From the IMG/VR virus record IMGVR_UViG_3300028888_000091: DNA of 64,000 nt; one strand, written 5' to 3'. Of the stretch, positions 49,701 through 59,283 are shown in pieces. Every line of letters begins with the position of its first letter. Position 1 is the stretch's first letter. The position numbers and the translations under genes were made by a program. The DNA comes from an uncultured virus (IMG/VR IMGVR_UViG_3300028888_000091) (lineage: Duplodnaviria > Heunggongvirae > Uroviricota > Caudoviricetes). Under the pieces are notes generated by a model that searched no databases, was not told the origin of the DNA, and saw only the letters and a program-made list of their open reading frames with translations.

Positions 49701-50222
49701 TCCACTACCAAGTAATTTAGTTGGGTCATATGACATACCAACCATCTGAAAATTTGGAGTATATCGAGATTGAGGACTACCGGCAAATGATTGAGATGCA
49801 TTTTGAACAATCTCACTCATTCTTGCTCTAACATTATTTACAAGTCTTTCAGTATCTCTTACTCTAACTTGGGCATTATTGACTTCACCGGAATCAATTT
49901 TAATCCTAATATTCTTTTGAGCAGAATTCCTTAATCTTTCTAATTCTTTATATGCATCACTCAAAGAATTAGAAGAAGAAGGAGATGTTTTAGGAGTATT
50001 ATTAAAATCTCTCAATGCCTTTTGGGCATTCATTATCCCATTTTGAACTTGATTGAAATCATAAGCAATAGCAGTAACTTGATTTCCACCATTGATATTA
50101 GGCATTGAAATACTCTTACCAATGTTTTGAAGTGCAGATAAACTTTTTCCAAGTTTACTTAAAATTTCACTTGCATAATCATTTGCCCTAATATCAATTA
50201 AAACTTGTTCCGGATTAACCAT
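46746..50222 (-). CDS. Tail tape measure protein
   Basis: 1158 aa helical; IDIRANDYAS start, hydrophobic segments, periodic aromatic repeats. Confidence 0.9.
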   Translation of the reverse strand: MVNPEQVLIDIRANDYASEILSKLGKSLSALQNIGKSISMPNINGGNQVTAIAYDFNQVQNGIMNAQKALRDFNNTPKTSPSSSNSLSDAYKELERLRNSAQKNIRIKIDSGEVNNAQVRVRDTERLVNNVRARMSEIVQNASQSFAGSPQSRYTPNFQMVGMSYDPTKLLGSGEGTYGSKPLVDLSKSYDNASKSASNFSKATQNAGKSSYSSFHQLNNMMVVVGGTFNDLSTKVAGIFGAAGLSGMIEKMWAGASQRQQNMMYLMHQKGKEQATTYYNEIMDIVTQLPGDDTFLTNILNMASAMDSSLKLDNLESAGRAITDYYMSATMKGENSYETQKDLRKYITTGDTRGMRNSVIASELDLLKNRNTVLERTQALEKALKNTGFDGMSGYESASNQLEELKGHFQKAFADLGEVILAVTQPLMKFYNTMDTIFGGRISQLIIVFATILVGIFATIGGGLIILSSSFRMIETITLGMEALSFAMSMNNEQRGIFNTLLMMSMSLEEREKYLKGEITLATWGETVATIKNTLARRLGVVVAEGEIVTNRALVVAIFNKIRAKVGEVIAVGNVIYMTISDIFWTWRNTDAKLSEAITEQLNTLAKHNNSVAIATNSIAKLRSLITTLSETGAKVLDTVVEWLSTESVFANTIARVMNINAKIGEIGATLGLASAVGVLNAMLAPELIAILAIVGAILLLIVAFEKVGEALGWWKDFGSLIESISNGISRLWNAFMGSDVIQGIIAYFQNFVTSIQYVFDSINNALSMLFGWDNSNTGTFDIVQTIIDLFGTLGDTIKWVWDLINDWADSPLGFITWLNPLGIIMFHLDEIGSLFEDIADAIDRFTGTTEFQELMEGLGEVWEELQAPFQEIASLIDEIMQMFGELFGGGSDPNGRGTEDRINLIVELLKGIATVIRVVVLPIIRIIATVIRAILTPIRVVLYVIGGIVSLLKGASEFLGGIDVIWESFIAPLRFIYDSLRQVIDAVIWLFSLVGTGVGESILFIVNAISSAIQGIIKLFSSVGQIFSGPLGVVLNIIERISALVTTTSKVIKNSFIGKLLGWDKEDDKSDSNKNKYNGNIRKSIGNSDITRNVNNVRNLGRTYNNTNNQRQVVINQNFSEGSMPIDARNMTKKEAKKMFVGAFGYNRTVGKHGILR

Positions 50223-50314
50223 AATAAATCAAATTAAAAAAAATAAAATAATTCTCCTTTTTTCTACACAAAAATATTAATTTAATAATTATAAAAAATA
50301 AAAAAATAATAATA

Positions 50315-50509
50315 TTATATTTTAGGCATATTTTTTTCCATTTCTTTTATTTTTTCATATTCTTTTTGTTCTGCCATTATAATATTATAATATTTGTTAA
50401 GTAATAATTTAAAATCGGGATGGAATTTATTTTTTATTACTTCAGAAATAGTAATACCAAGATGTTTACTTACACGAAAATAACATTCCCCAATGACAGT
50501 ATTATTCAT
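50315..50509 (-). CDS. Tail assembly chaperone, downstream ORF (gpT-like)
   Basis: Between chaperone and tape measure; overlaps the upstream stop in the +1 frame. Confidence 0.6.
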   Translation of the reverse strand: MNNTVIGECYFRVSKHLGITISEVIKNKFHPDFKLLLNKYYNIIMAEQKEYEKIKEMEKNMPKI

Positions 50510-51242
50510 CGAGAAAAAGTCTATCGTTAAACTCTTCGGTTAAACCTAATTTTTCTAAAACTTTACTATATATTTGAACCCTTGCTACAAAATTAAAATT
50601 ACTCCAAAATGCCTTTTTCTCTTCAAAAGACAAACTAACTGGTTCTTCAACTTGTGATGCAAGTAATTCTGTAATGTTCTCCATTTGAGAACGAGATTGA
50701 TTTTCACTAATTTTATTTTGTATATGTTGTAATACTTTTTCTTCTTTACTATTTAACTCTTGGTTGTTTTGGTTTTTATTGTAGATTTTTCTTTCTTCAT
50801 CACTTAAATCTTTGAAAATATCTACATGAGGTTCTATAAATTTTACTGCATTACTATCATCTAATGGTTTAACAGTAAAATTAAATTGTTTGTATACACC
50901 ATTTATTGGTAATTGTATTTTGATTACTGGAGGTTCTCTATTATATACAAATTCTAATAATTCTTGTTCAGTACCAAGAGTTTCATTCAATATCTCATTT
51001 GATTTGATAATTTCATTAGCATTATATTTTCTTAATGGTTCATCATAATCTATACGAAGTTGTTTAATAACACTAATTTCTTCTTGGGATAATTCTTCAC
51101 CATTTTTTACTTTATCAATAATTGCTTGTTCAGATGATGATAAAACTTCATATGGTAAAGTTTCAACCTCTTTTGGTAATCTGTTTTTTATCCAAAATTC
51201 TTCTATTGCTTTTGCACTTTCATTTTGATTATTATTTTCCAT
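50502..51242 (-). CDS. Tail assembly chaperone (gpG-like)
   Basis: Position between tube and tape measure; helical, acidic. Confidence 0.6.
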   Translation of the reverse strand: MENNNQNESAKAIEEFWIKNRLPKEVETLPYEVLSSSEQAIIDKVKNGEELSQEEISVIKQLRIDYDEPLRKYNANEIIKSNEILNETLGTEQELLEFVYNREPPVIKIQLPINGVYKQFNFTVKPLDDSNAVKFIEPHVDIFKDLSDEERKIYNKNQNNQELNSKEEKVLQHIQNKISENQSRSQMENITELLASQVEEPVSLSFEEKKAFWSNFNFVARVQIYSKVLEKLGLTEEFNDRLFLDE

Positions 51243-51326
51243 AACTCACCTTATTTAATAAAAAAAATTTTTTTACAGAGAATTATAAAATATTATAAAA
51301 CTCTGCATTCAATATTTAAAATATTA

Positions 51327-52055
51327 CTATCCAATTAGACTTCTAACTCCCTTAACTGCCGGACTTACTACATTATCGCCAAGATAATCAAATCCACCGG
51401 AAAGGAATCCATATGTAGTATTTACAATTTCATCACCAAGATTGTAAGTTCCACCACCTAAAACTCCTAATCCCGCACTAATTACATCATCATTGCCTAA
51501 TACACCTAAACCGGCATTAATAACATCACTATTACCTAATACACCTAAACCGGCTCTTGCAACTGCATTTGCAGTATTGCTTCTTCTTTTACCACTTGAA
51601 CCAGTTCCATCTAAAATCTTATGATGTAAAGCAACTCCTTTAATAGTTCTTGTTACTCCTTCACCATATTCTCTACCAATTTCAGTAATAATACATCCAG
51701 TTAAAGTTTCTTTACCAACCCAATCATCAGTTCCACAACCTTTAAGTACAAAACCAGTAATAGACATACCCATTTTGTCACAAAATTGAGTTTTAAATCT
51801 TTTATCAAAGAATGGACTGTCACATGGAGCAGTTAATTCCCATTCCCATTCAACATTGCTTAATTTCCAACCATAACCTTCATAACAAGCACTATTTTTC
51901 TTTCTTTCGGCATTTAATTTACCACTAATTTTAAATCCTTCACAAATGATTCTATTGTTAAAACCATCATTAGGACTGTTAAATACTACTTCACAAAGGT
52001 CATAATCTTCACAAGCACCATCATAACATCTACCTATTTCGCTAATTTCACTCAT
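51327..52055 (-). CDS. Tail tube protein with Gly-rich repeat extension
   Basis: Follows sheath; ~145-aa beta-rich core (LTGCII..IKGVAL) plus AGLGVLG repeats. Confidence 0.7.
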   Translation of the reverse strand: MSEISEIGRCYDGACEDYDLCEVVFNSPNDGFNNRIICEGFKISGKLNAERKKNSACYEGYGWKLSNVEWEWELTAPCDSPFFDKRFKTQFCDKMGMSITGFVLKGCGTDDWVGKETLTGCIITEIGREYGEGVTRTIKGVALHHKILDGTGSSGKRRSNTANAVARAGLGVLGNSDVINAGLGVLGNDDVISAGLGVLGGGTYNLGDEIVNTTYGFLSGGFDYLGDNVVSPAVKGVRSLIG

Positions 52056-52118
52056 AATTATTTTCTATCTCCAAATTATTCTAAAAAAAAATATAATAAA
52101 ATATTAAAAATATTTTAT

Positions 52119-53810
52119 CTATACATAATTACTTGCAATTGCATATGGACTTCCAACAGTATTTTCAAATTCAATTGCTAATGTTGAATTTACTGGAGTA
52201 ATCCTTCCACGAATTAATAATGCATATGGATTATAACTTGATTCAATTATATCAAAAGCATATTCCATAATAGTACCATTACTCAATTCACTATCTAAAT
52301 ATTCATCAAGTTGATTTTTAATATGTCTTAAATTAACACTTGTTTCATTTCTTTTGAGTTGTGGTGCAATCATAGACAACATTCTTCTCACATGATGGTC
52401 TACATTTCTTCTTGCATGAATTAATGAATCAGTAGTTCTTGCATCATGGTCTTCAACACCCCATGCAGTACTTGTTGCAAGACAAATACGAGGAGTAATA
52501 CTTGTTAAAGTGTAATCATCTTCATTAAAAATCAATCCAGTACCGAATAATGCATCTCTATCATCATTATCTAATTGTCTGAATGTTCCTTGTACAACAC
52601 TCATATATGGTAAATAACCCGGTTCAACAAAATAAGGTGTTGAACAAATTCTTGCAATTGTTTTACCAAATAATTCTTTTTCTACAATTGCTATACGAGA
52701 AGATGCAACTTTTCTTGAAATATATGCATTTCTTTCACAATATTGGTCAAATGTTTCATTACTACCTCCAACTTCTTTCTTGGTTGATGGTATGAAGAAT
52801 TTGTAATCATTGTCATCTTCATATAATAAAGTATCTTTTTTGTATACTACATTTATAGAAATATAATTTGAACCATCATATGTGTATGCATCTTTATGTG
52901 AATCATCTCTTGTATTTAAGTATATTACAGTAGGATTTGGAGTTACTTCTGTAGATTGTACTGAATCTTCATAAAATTTACCAGTAGTATTATCTTTATA
53001 TACTTCAATAACTTCTGAATAGCCTTCAAGTGAATCTAAATCAACTTCAACAAAAGAATTGTTTTCATATTTATAATCTTTAGAAGTTTCTAAATCATGA
53101 TAAATAATATTTTTACTTTTTTCAAGTTTATCTGCATTTTTGTATTCTTTTGTTTTATAAAAGTCTTGAATTACATTCTCTTCATCAGAATTATCTGTTT
53201 TCAAATATCCTTTAACTTGATTTTTGAAACCATGATGGTTAAAATTAGGTAAAATAAGATTTCCAATTGTACATCTTGTAAATTCACCTTGACCGGTGAC
53301 TGCAAAATATCCTATTCTTAACAAACCACTTTTGGTTTCTTCTTTCAATTTAATATTAACTTGATTCATGAATTCAATATCTTCAGTATTTGGGAATACA
53401 ACTACTGTAGAATTTTTCTTCACTTCACTAACAGATAATGCTTTAATATAATGGTTTACAGTTGGATTATTTCCCACATCAATTATGTAAATATATGGTA
53501 CTGTTAATCCATAAGTGTTATTTCCACCATACATACTGTTTTCCACAAAGAAATCTTTTACAAGAGCATCTAATTCTTTTATGGAATCATCTAATTCATT
53601 ATATAATGATTCTTCATCACTAATATTGAAATATTTTTTAAATCTACTGTAAGATATAAAACTTAAAACTTTTTCTGAAGTAATATCTGCTACATTAACT
53701 AAATTATTTGTTTTTACAATAAATAATGGAATTTCAGAACCATTATTAATATATTCATTGTAGGATGTAACTTCAGTATAATTTAAATAAGGTGCTTTTT
53801 CAACTGCCAT
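52119..53810 (-). CDS. Contractile tail sheath protein
   Basis: APYLNYTE start, IHARRNVD, L..YL, GRITPV..IEF C-terminal motifs. Confidence 0.85.
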   Translation of the reverse strand: MAVEKAPYLNYTEVTSYNEYINNGSEIPLFIVKTNNLVNVADITSEKVLSFISYSRFKKYFNISDEESLYNELDDSIKELDALVKDFFVENSMYGGNNTYGLTVPYIYIIDVGNNPTVNHYIKALSVSEVKKNSTVVVFPNTEDIEFMNQVNIKLKEETKSGLLRIGYFAVTGQGEFTRCTIGNLILPNFNHHGFKNQVKGYLKTDNSDEENVIQDFYKTKEYKNADKLEKSKNIIYHDLETSKDYKYENNSFVEVDLDSLEGYSEVIEVYKDNTTGKFYEDSVQSTEVTPNPTVIYLNTRDDSHKDAYTYDGSNYISINVVYKKDTLLYEDDNDYKFFIPSTKKEVGGSNETFDQYCERNAYISRKVASSRIAIVEKELFGKTIARICSTPYFVEPGYLPYMSVVQGTFRQLDNDDRDALFGTGLIFNEDDYTLTSITPRICLATSTAWGVEDHDARTTDSLIHARRNVDHHVRRMLSMIAPQLKRNETSVNLRHIKNQLDEYLDSELSNGTIMEYAFDIIESSYNPYALLIRGRITPVNSTLAIEFENTVGSPYAIASNYV

Positions 53811-53817
53811 ATTCTAC

Positions 53818-54102
53818 CTAAATTTCCCTCTTCATATATCTTTTATACATATCATCAAATTCTCCTTCGGAAAATTTGTTGATAACTATTCTATTTTCAA
53901 ATTCCTTTTTGAAATCTTCATCTAAACCATAATAATTAAGAAAACCAACTGCATTTAAAGGTTTAATACTTTTTTTTGCTAATAATTCTGATATTGAAAA
54001 TTCTTCAATTTCAACATTTACATCTTCTATTTTATTAGTAGTTTTAACTGGTTTCTTTTGTGATGGTTTTTCTTTTTTCTCTTCGTTCTTTTTTTTAACC
54101 AT
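53818..54102 (-). CDS. Hypothetical protein upstream of sheath
   Basis: ORF in operon. Confidence 0.6.
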   Translation of the reverse strand: MVKKKNEEKKEKPSQKKPVKTTNKIEDVNVEIEEFSISELLAKKSIKPLNAVGFLNYYGLDEDFKKEFENRIVINKFSEGEFDDMYKRYMKREI

Positions 54103-54116
54103 AATTTCCTCAAATA

Positions 54117-54788
54117 TTACATTTTATTAATAATTTTAAAAGTAGGATTACTTTTTATAACTTTAATTCGTTTATAATCTAAATTGACTTCAATAACACT
54201 ATGTTTTAAAGGTTGTCTTTTATCTCTATAATCTGCTTCATAATCTGGACTAATATGTACACTATTTTTTATTATACCATTTTTACTCATTATATTCAAA
54301 GGATGATTATGATGATTAGGACATTGTCCTCTTAAACCATGCCAACCTTTATTTGTTATTGCTTCACAAACTTCACCACTTGTTTCACATGAATGGTCAT
54401 GTGGGTCATATCTCACACAAAAAGCATAATGTAAATTCATACAATAAAATAAACAATCATAGATTTGGTTTACTATTAATTCTCTTTCTTCTTCTGAATT
54501 ACACCAAACATGAATGTCTACCTCATAACTTTTTACACTATACTCTGCACTATGTGGATACCTTTTTTCCGGATATTTTGGGTCATATAATGGATGGTCT
54601 TCAGATAATTTACTTAAAACATTAACTTGTTGTCTTCTATGTTTCCCTTTATCACGATTAAATCCACTAATAGTTACACATGGAGTCTTATCGTAAGGAT
54701 AATCTTTAATAACAACTGGAATTGGTTTTTCATCAATATGAATTTTTCCTCTTAATATTTTAACAAAAGTTTTTTTAATATGATTCAT
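54117..54788 (-). CDS. Tail terminator / completion protein
   Basis: TPCVTI, DIHVWC..ER..IVNQI; position; Cys/His-rich insertion. Confidence 0.65.
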   Translation of the reverse strand: MNHIKKTFVKILRGKIHIDEKPIPVVIKDYPYDKTPCVTISGFNRDKGKHRRQQVNVLSKLSEDHPLYDPKYPEKRYPHSAEYSVKSYEVDIHVWCNSEEERELIVNQIYDCLFYCMNLHYAFCVRYDPHDHSCETSGEVCEAITNKGWHGLRGQCPNHHNHPLNIMSKNGIIKNSVHISPDYEADYRDKRQPLKHSVIEVNLDYKRIKVIKSNPTFKIINKM

Positions 54789-55240
54789 AACATACCAACT
54801 CCATCAATAATATTTTTCCAACTTATTGGTATTGTTTGAGAAGTGTATAATTCATCCACCGCTCTTTTATGATAATAATTGGGTGGAAATATGTATGGAT
54901 TCCCATCACTATCTGCCCAATTTGTAGAATATCCTTCAATAACTCCTTCAAGAAAATCGGCAGAAGATACAATTTGAGCATGATTATTGGCTTGTTTAAC
55001 AATCTGATGAGATTCAGACAAATAACCTCTATAATGAGTATTATCATATATTTTACCTTGCCAAATTGGTGCACCACCACTTGGTTTATTACCACCGGCA
55101 GAACCAAAACCATATTCACGAATATTCCATAATGATTGTGTAGCAACAGAATCAACTAACTTACTTACATTATTATCCATCCAAGATTTTTGTAATTTTC
55201 TTTGCAATGATGGTGATATTCTCACACTTGTAGAAATCAT
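54785..55240 (-). CDS. Neck protein (HK97 gp10-like)
   Basis: AP..GYLSES, VIEG, PN.Y..RAV; position. Confidence 0.6.
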   Translation of the reverse strand: MISTSVRISPSLQRKLQKSWMDNNVSKLVDSVATQSLWNIREYGFGSAGGNKPSGGAPIWQGKIYDNTHYRGYLSESHQIVKQANNHAQIVSSADFLEGVIEGYSTNWADSDGNPYIFPPNYYHKRAVDELYTSQTIPISWKNIIDGVGML

Positions 55241-55590
55241 ATTTGTTCTCTCCTCTGAACTTGCAATATTATTTTACGAAACATATGAAATCTATTCCAA
55301 TATTCCGGTTCACCAATCACATCAAATGTCCTATCTTCTATGTCATCAATTATTTTAACAATACAACGATTATTAATATGAGTATGTAAAGGAACATAAA
55401 CTTTGAATGTATCTTTTAATTCTTTACCCCATTCTTGTTGTTGTTCTTCTTCACTTAATCTTTGAAAATCAACATAAAGAGTATCAATTAAAACCCATTC
55501 AGTTTTAGGTTCTCCAGTATATTTATCCCACTCTTCATCGTTTTCTTGTTCTTCAAATATTTGAATATAACAATTTGGAAAATAAACCAT
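55237..55590 (-). CDS. Head-closure (stopper, SPP1 gp16-like) protein
   Basis: D.YTGEP...W, TFDVIGEP; position. Confidence 0.7.
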   Translation of the reverse strand: MVYFPNCYIQIFEEQENDEEWDKYTGEPKTEWVLIDTLYVDFQRLSEEEQQQEWGKELKDTFKVYVPLHTHINNRCIVKIIDDIEDRTFDVIGEPEYWNRFHMFRKIILQVQRREQI

Positions 55591-55591
55591 T

Positions 55592-56275
55592 TTATATCAT
55601 CATTACTCTTGGATTACTGTTAAGTAAATCAAGAAGTCTGTCCTTTTTATTATTTATTGCTTTAGGTAAACTATGTGCATTATCATTATCCCATGATACA
55701 GTAACATCTCCTTCTTTAATGCTTTTAACATCTCTTTGATTCATTGGTAATTGATTATATACTAATATATCACCAAGTAAACTACCTAATAAATCCAATA
55801 TTAATTCATCTGCATCAAATTGTGTTGTATATTTTATTTTAACTGATACTGCTATTCCCCAATGCCAGTACCACCACCATCTCCAAAATCCTTTATGCCA
55901 TCTTGGTTTTAAGAATATGATACTATTTTTTTCATCGAATTCGTAATCAATATCTTCTACAAGAATTTTATTGTTTACTTTTATTTCATCAATATGTTTA
56001 ACATGAACTAATGGTAATGTTACTGGTACTCTTGTTTGTTTTCGTGGTTCAGTATAATTCGGATAAACTGTATATTTATGTTGAATTGGTTTTAATGTAA
56101 TCCCCAATTCTGCCAACATACTTTTTTGTGTTATACTTATTAATTGGTTTAATTCATCATCATTAAATTGTGTTTGAATATTATTTAATTTGAATAATAA
56201 TTTTAAGTCCTCAACAGACACCAAATTTTCTGAAGCCCAATTTTTTTCTTCTTCAAGTATATCACAATCTATCAT
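55592..56275 (-). CDS. Head-tail adaptor (gp15/gp6-like)
   Basis: LVSVEDLK, DDELNQLI, VKSIKEGDVTVSW. Confidence 0.75.
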   Translation of the reverse strand: MIDCDILEEEKNWASENLVSVEDLKLLFKLNNIQTQFNDDELNQLISITQKSMLAELGITLKPIQHKYTVYPNYTEPRKQTRVPVTLPLVHVKHIDEIKVNNKILVEDIDYEFDEKNSIIFLKPRWHKGFWRWWWYWHWGIAVSVKIKYTTQFDADELILDLLGSLLGDILVYNQLPMNQRDVKSIKEGDVTVSWDNDNAHSLPKAINNKKDRLLDLLNSNPRVMMI

Positions 56276-56356
56276 AATCCTTTTCCAAAATTTTTAATTA
56301 ATTAAAGTATAAAATAAAAAAAAGATATAAAATTTAAAATATCTTATTTTTTATTT

Positions 56357-56746
56357 TTAAGAAGTTGCAGTTAATTTAACACTTAAACTTGTATTGTTTT
56401 CAGATGTAGTTACTGATGCACTATATTCAGTAAATCCTTCTTTTGTAACTGTAATAGTATATGTATCATCTTCTACATTTTGTAAAGTACATCCACCGGC
56501 ATCACCAGTTGTTGATGATGCTATTTCAGTTGCACCTTTTGTTAATACTACTGATGCTCCTTTGATTGGGTCAGTACCATCAGTTACTGAAACATTAATT
56601 GTTCTTTTTATGGGGGTTTCAGTAGAAGAAGTATTTTCTCCTCCTTCTTCTTCTTCTCCTCCTAAAACTGCAACTAATTCTGATTTCATTCCCTTCAAAA
56701 TTGGGCATGAATCAATCATTGCTAATTGTTTTTTAGTTAATGCCAT
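56357..56746 (-). CDS. Ig-like (carboxypeptidase-regulatory-like) capsid decoration protein
   Basis: DPIKGASVVL..TGDAG..YTITVTKEGF; directly after capsid gene. Confidence 0.7.
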   Translation of the reverse strand: MALTKKQLAMIDSCPILKGMKSELVAVLGGEEEEGGENTSSTETPIKRTINVSVTDGTDPIKGASVVLTKGATEIASSTTGDAGGCTLQNVEDDTYTITVTKEGFTEYSASVTTSENNTSLSVKLTATS

Positions 56747-56761
56747 AAGAGATTATCCTCC

Positions 56762-57748
56762 TTAAGCATCTCCAATTCCGGTGAGCATACCATTTCTATA
56801 TTCTGCTCTGTTATAGAATGTAAAGAATGTGAATAACACTCTTGAAGTGGATAATTTGGTTTTTGCTAATGCAGTAATGGATGGTTTTACTAATTCTCTT
56901 ACACGAAGTGAGTTATTATCAATAAATGAAAACATATCTCCATCAGTAGTATCAATATTTGGGTCTACAATAATAGGAATAGTTTGACCATTTGGAGCAT
57001 GATAACCAGTAACTCTTGTTCCGAGAGTAAGGTCTACTTGGTCGATAATTCTTGTATTTGGATAAAGAATATCATTTAATTGTCTACCCACTTTTGCAGT
57101 AGTTAAAATTGCAGATGGGTTACCACCATCATCAATAATTTCTTGTGCAAGAATATCAATTGCATCTTTGGTAATTGGTTCTCCACCCATATCTTCAGTA
57201 TGAGTAGTAATAGTGTTAAATACCCCATCAAAACCATTATTTGCTTTTTTACCTTGTAATAATGCAATATCTTTGGTTTGTGCCATATCCAAGAAACCAT
57301 CACGAATTTCATCTTCTAATAAATCAATTGCATCTACACCTCTCATTGCAAGGTCACTAATTTCAATTGGATATACGAGAGTTTGCATTTTAGCAATTTC
57401 ATCAGTATATAAAGATGGGTCATGTCTTGGTAAATCTTCAGTTTCTGCAATGAAACTGGAAGTTGTTTTTTGTTCTTTTACTCTGTAACCGACTTTTGCG
57501 GTTTTTGCATCACTAACACAACCATTTTGTTCCAAATAAGTTAAAAATGGTGATTGGTGATTTACTAATCTTTGTAATTCTGCATCATAATCAACAGTAA
57601 TCATTACATCGGCAGTTCCCGGTGCAGATTGCATATTTCCACCCGGTTGATTTACTGCAGTTTGAATATGTTCATCATATGCTTTTTGTAATGCTTCTAA
57701 TTCACTACGAGTTGCGAATTTTGTTTGTAATTGTTCAGATAATCTCAT
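56762..57748 (-). CDS. Major capsid protein (HK97 fold)
   Basis: 328 aa after protease; FIAE, ALLQG..FDG, GGNPSAIL, IPIIVD. Confidence 0.88.
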   Translation of the reverse strand: MRLSEQLQTKFATRSELEALQKAYDEHIQTAVNQPGGNMQSAPGTADVMITVDYDAELQRLVNHQSPFLTYLEQNGCVSDAKTAKVGYRVKEQKTTSSFIAETEDLPRHDPSLYTDEIAKMQTLVYPIEISDLAMRGVDAIDLLEDEIRDGFLDMAQTKDIALLQGKKANNGFDGVFNTITTHTEDMGGEPITKDAIDILAQEIIDDGGNPSAILTTAKVGRQLNDILYPNTRIIDQVDLTLGTRVTGYHAPNGQTIPIIVDPNIDTTDGDMFSFIDNNSLRVRELVKPSITALAKTKLSTSRVLFTFFTFYNRAEYRNGMLTGIGDA

Positions 57749-57816
57749 AATACTTCTTATAATTTAATAATTTTTATTTTATTTTAATTTATTTTATAAT
57801 CTCTAAAAAATCTAAT

Positions 57817-59124
57817 TTAAGGACATAACATTTTTGCAATGTCATGTGTACTCATTGCTTTACTTTTTTCAACTTCTACTTCTTCAACTTCTTCTAATTC
57901 TTTTTCTACTTCCGGTTGTTCAGTTTCAACTGGTTTTCTTTCAGTAGTTAAATCCTTAAATAATTCTTCTTCAACTTCTTTACGAATTGATTCTCTCATT
58001 GCATCAACTTTTTCATTAACTTTAACTTCTAATTCTTCATCGAATTTTTTAACAAAAAAGTCTTGCATTTCACTCATTTTTTTAAGAACATCAGTATTGG
58101 AAACTTCTTCAACAGATATTTTCATTTCCACTTCTGCATCTTCAACTTCCTTTTTAACTTCTACTTCTTTTTCTTTTTCCATTTCAATTTCCTCTTTTGA
58201 TGTTCCTTCAGATTCCTCCAAGTTTTTTTGAACATTAGGAGTTTCTTCAACATCAATAGTTTCTTTATCTTCTGTTTTCATACTTTTTTCTTTCTCCTCA
58301 TCTTCCTTCTTGGAAGAATTCTCATTAGTATTCTTATCATTTGATTTTTCAGATTCATTAGATGAACCTTTTGTATCCAAATGATATTTTTCAATCATTT
58401 TTTTAGTTTCATCAATAATTTCAGATAATAATCTTTCGTATATTTCAAGACTTGCTTCATTAATAATATTGATGCATTCTTTTTCTGTTAGATATTTTTC
58501 ATCTCCTTTTTTTTGTGCATCTTCTAATTCTTTATCAATATCCTTTTCAGAATATTCTTTCAATAATAATTTACAAGCACCATTGAAACATTTTGCAACG
58601 ATTCCATTATCATCTAACTCTTTACTAACTTTCACCGAACCAAATGAATCCCAATTTGCCGGAAGAGGTACAAGTGAAATTTCGTATAATTTTACTTTGT
58701 TTATCTTCCACCCATATTCAGAAGCATCGTTCGGTTCATAATCAGTTGCTTTCGCACCGATTGACAATCCAAGATTAATATCATTTTCTAATAATTCTAA
58801 AATATAATATTCGTATCTTGGTAAAACTTTAAATTTTATTTTAAAATTATCGCCATTAGATTCAAGAACTTGTGATACATTTCCCACAATATCATCTAAT
58901 GTCCGACCATGTTCTTTAAGAACATTTAAACCAATTGCTTGTCTTTTCATATCTTCAAGACAAGATTTAGTCATATAATCTCCATCTTCATCTACATTTG
59001 TAGTTGATGCTATACCTTCAAGATATAATGCACCATCTTCTTGAAATGCAGTTTCAACAAGAGATTTATTTAGTTCTTTCAAATTGGTGGAACAATAAAC
59101 TTTGAAATCTTGTTTAATGTCCAT
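57817..59124 (-). CDS. HK97-family prohead protease with C-terminal scaffold-like acidic domain
   Basis: EGIAST..D.DGD, EH, GLSIG, LYEISLV..PAN. Confidence 0.9.
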   Translation of the reverse strand: MDIKQDFKVYCSTNLKELNKSLVETAFQEDGALYLEGIASTTNVDEDGDYMTKSCLEDMKRQAIGLNVLKEHGRTLDDIVGNVSQVLESNGDNFKIKFKVLPRYEYYILELLENDINLGLSIGAKATDYEPNDASEYGWKINKVKLYEISLVPLPANWDSFGSVKVSKELDDNGIVAKCFNGACKLLLKEYSEKDIDKELEDAQKKGDEKYLTEKECINIINEASLEIYERLLSEIIDETKKMIEKYHLDTKGSSNESEKSNDKNTNENSSKKEDEEKEKSMKTEDKETIDVEETPNVQKNLEESEGTSKEEIEMEKEKEVEVKKEVEDAEVEMKISVEEVSNTDVLKKMSEMQDFFVKKFDEELEVKVNEKVDAMRESIRKEVEEELFKDLTTERKPVETEQPEVEKELEEVEEVEVEKSKAMSTHDIAKMLCP

Positions 59125-59283
59125 AATTATCTATTTTATTCTCTCCTCTCTTTTTTTGATTTTAAAAATAAAATCTCCACCACATTAATAGAGAAATGGA
59201 GGTGATATTTTATTTTATTGTTTTTTTTTTTAAACATGAAAAGGAGAATATTCTCCTTTCCACAAATTAATATGGTGGGTTAT

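Noticed and set aside
56746..56765. Readthrough or frameshift fusing the capsid protein to the Ig-like protein
   Set aside because: TAA is followed by a second in-frame TAA, there is no slippery site, and the Ig gene has its own GGAGG SD.
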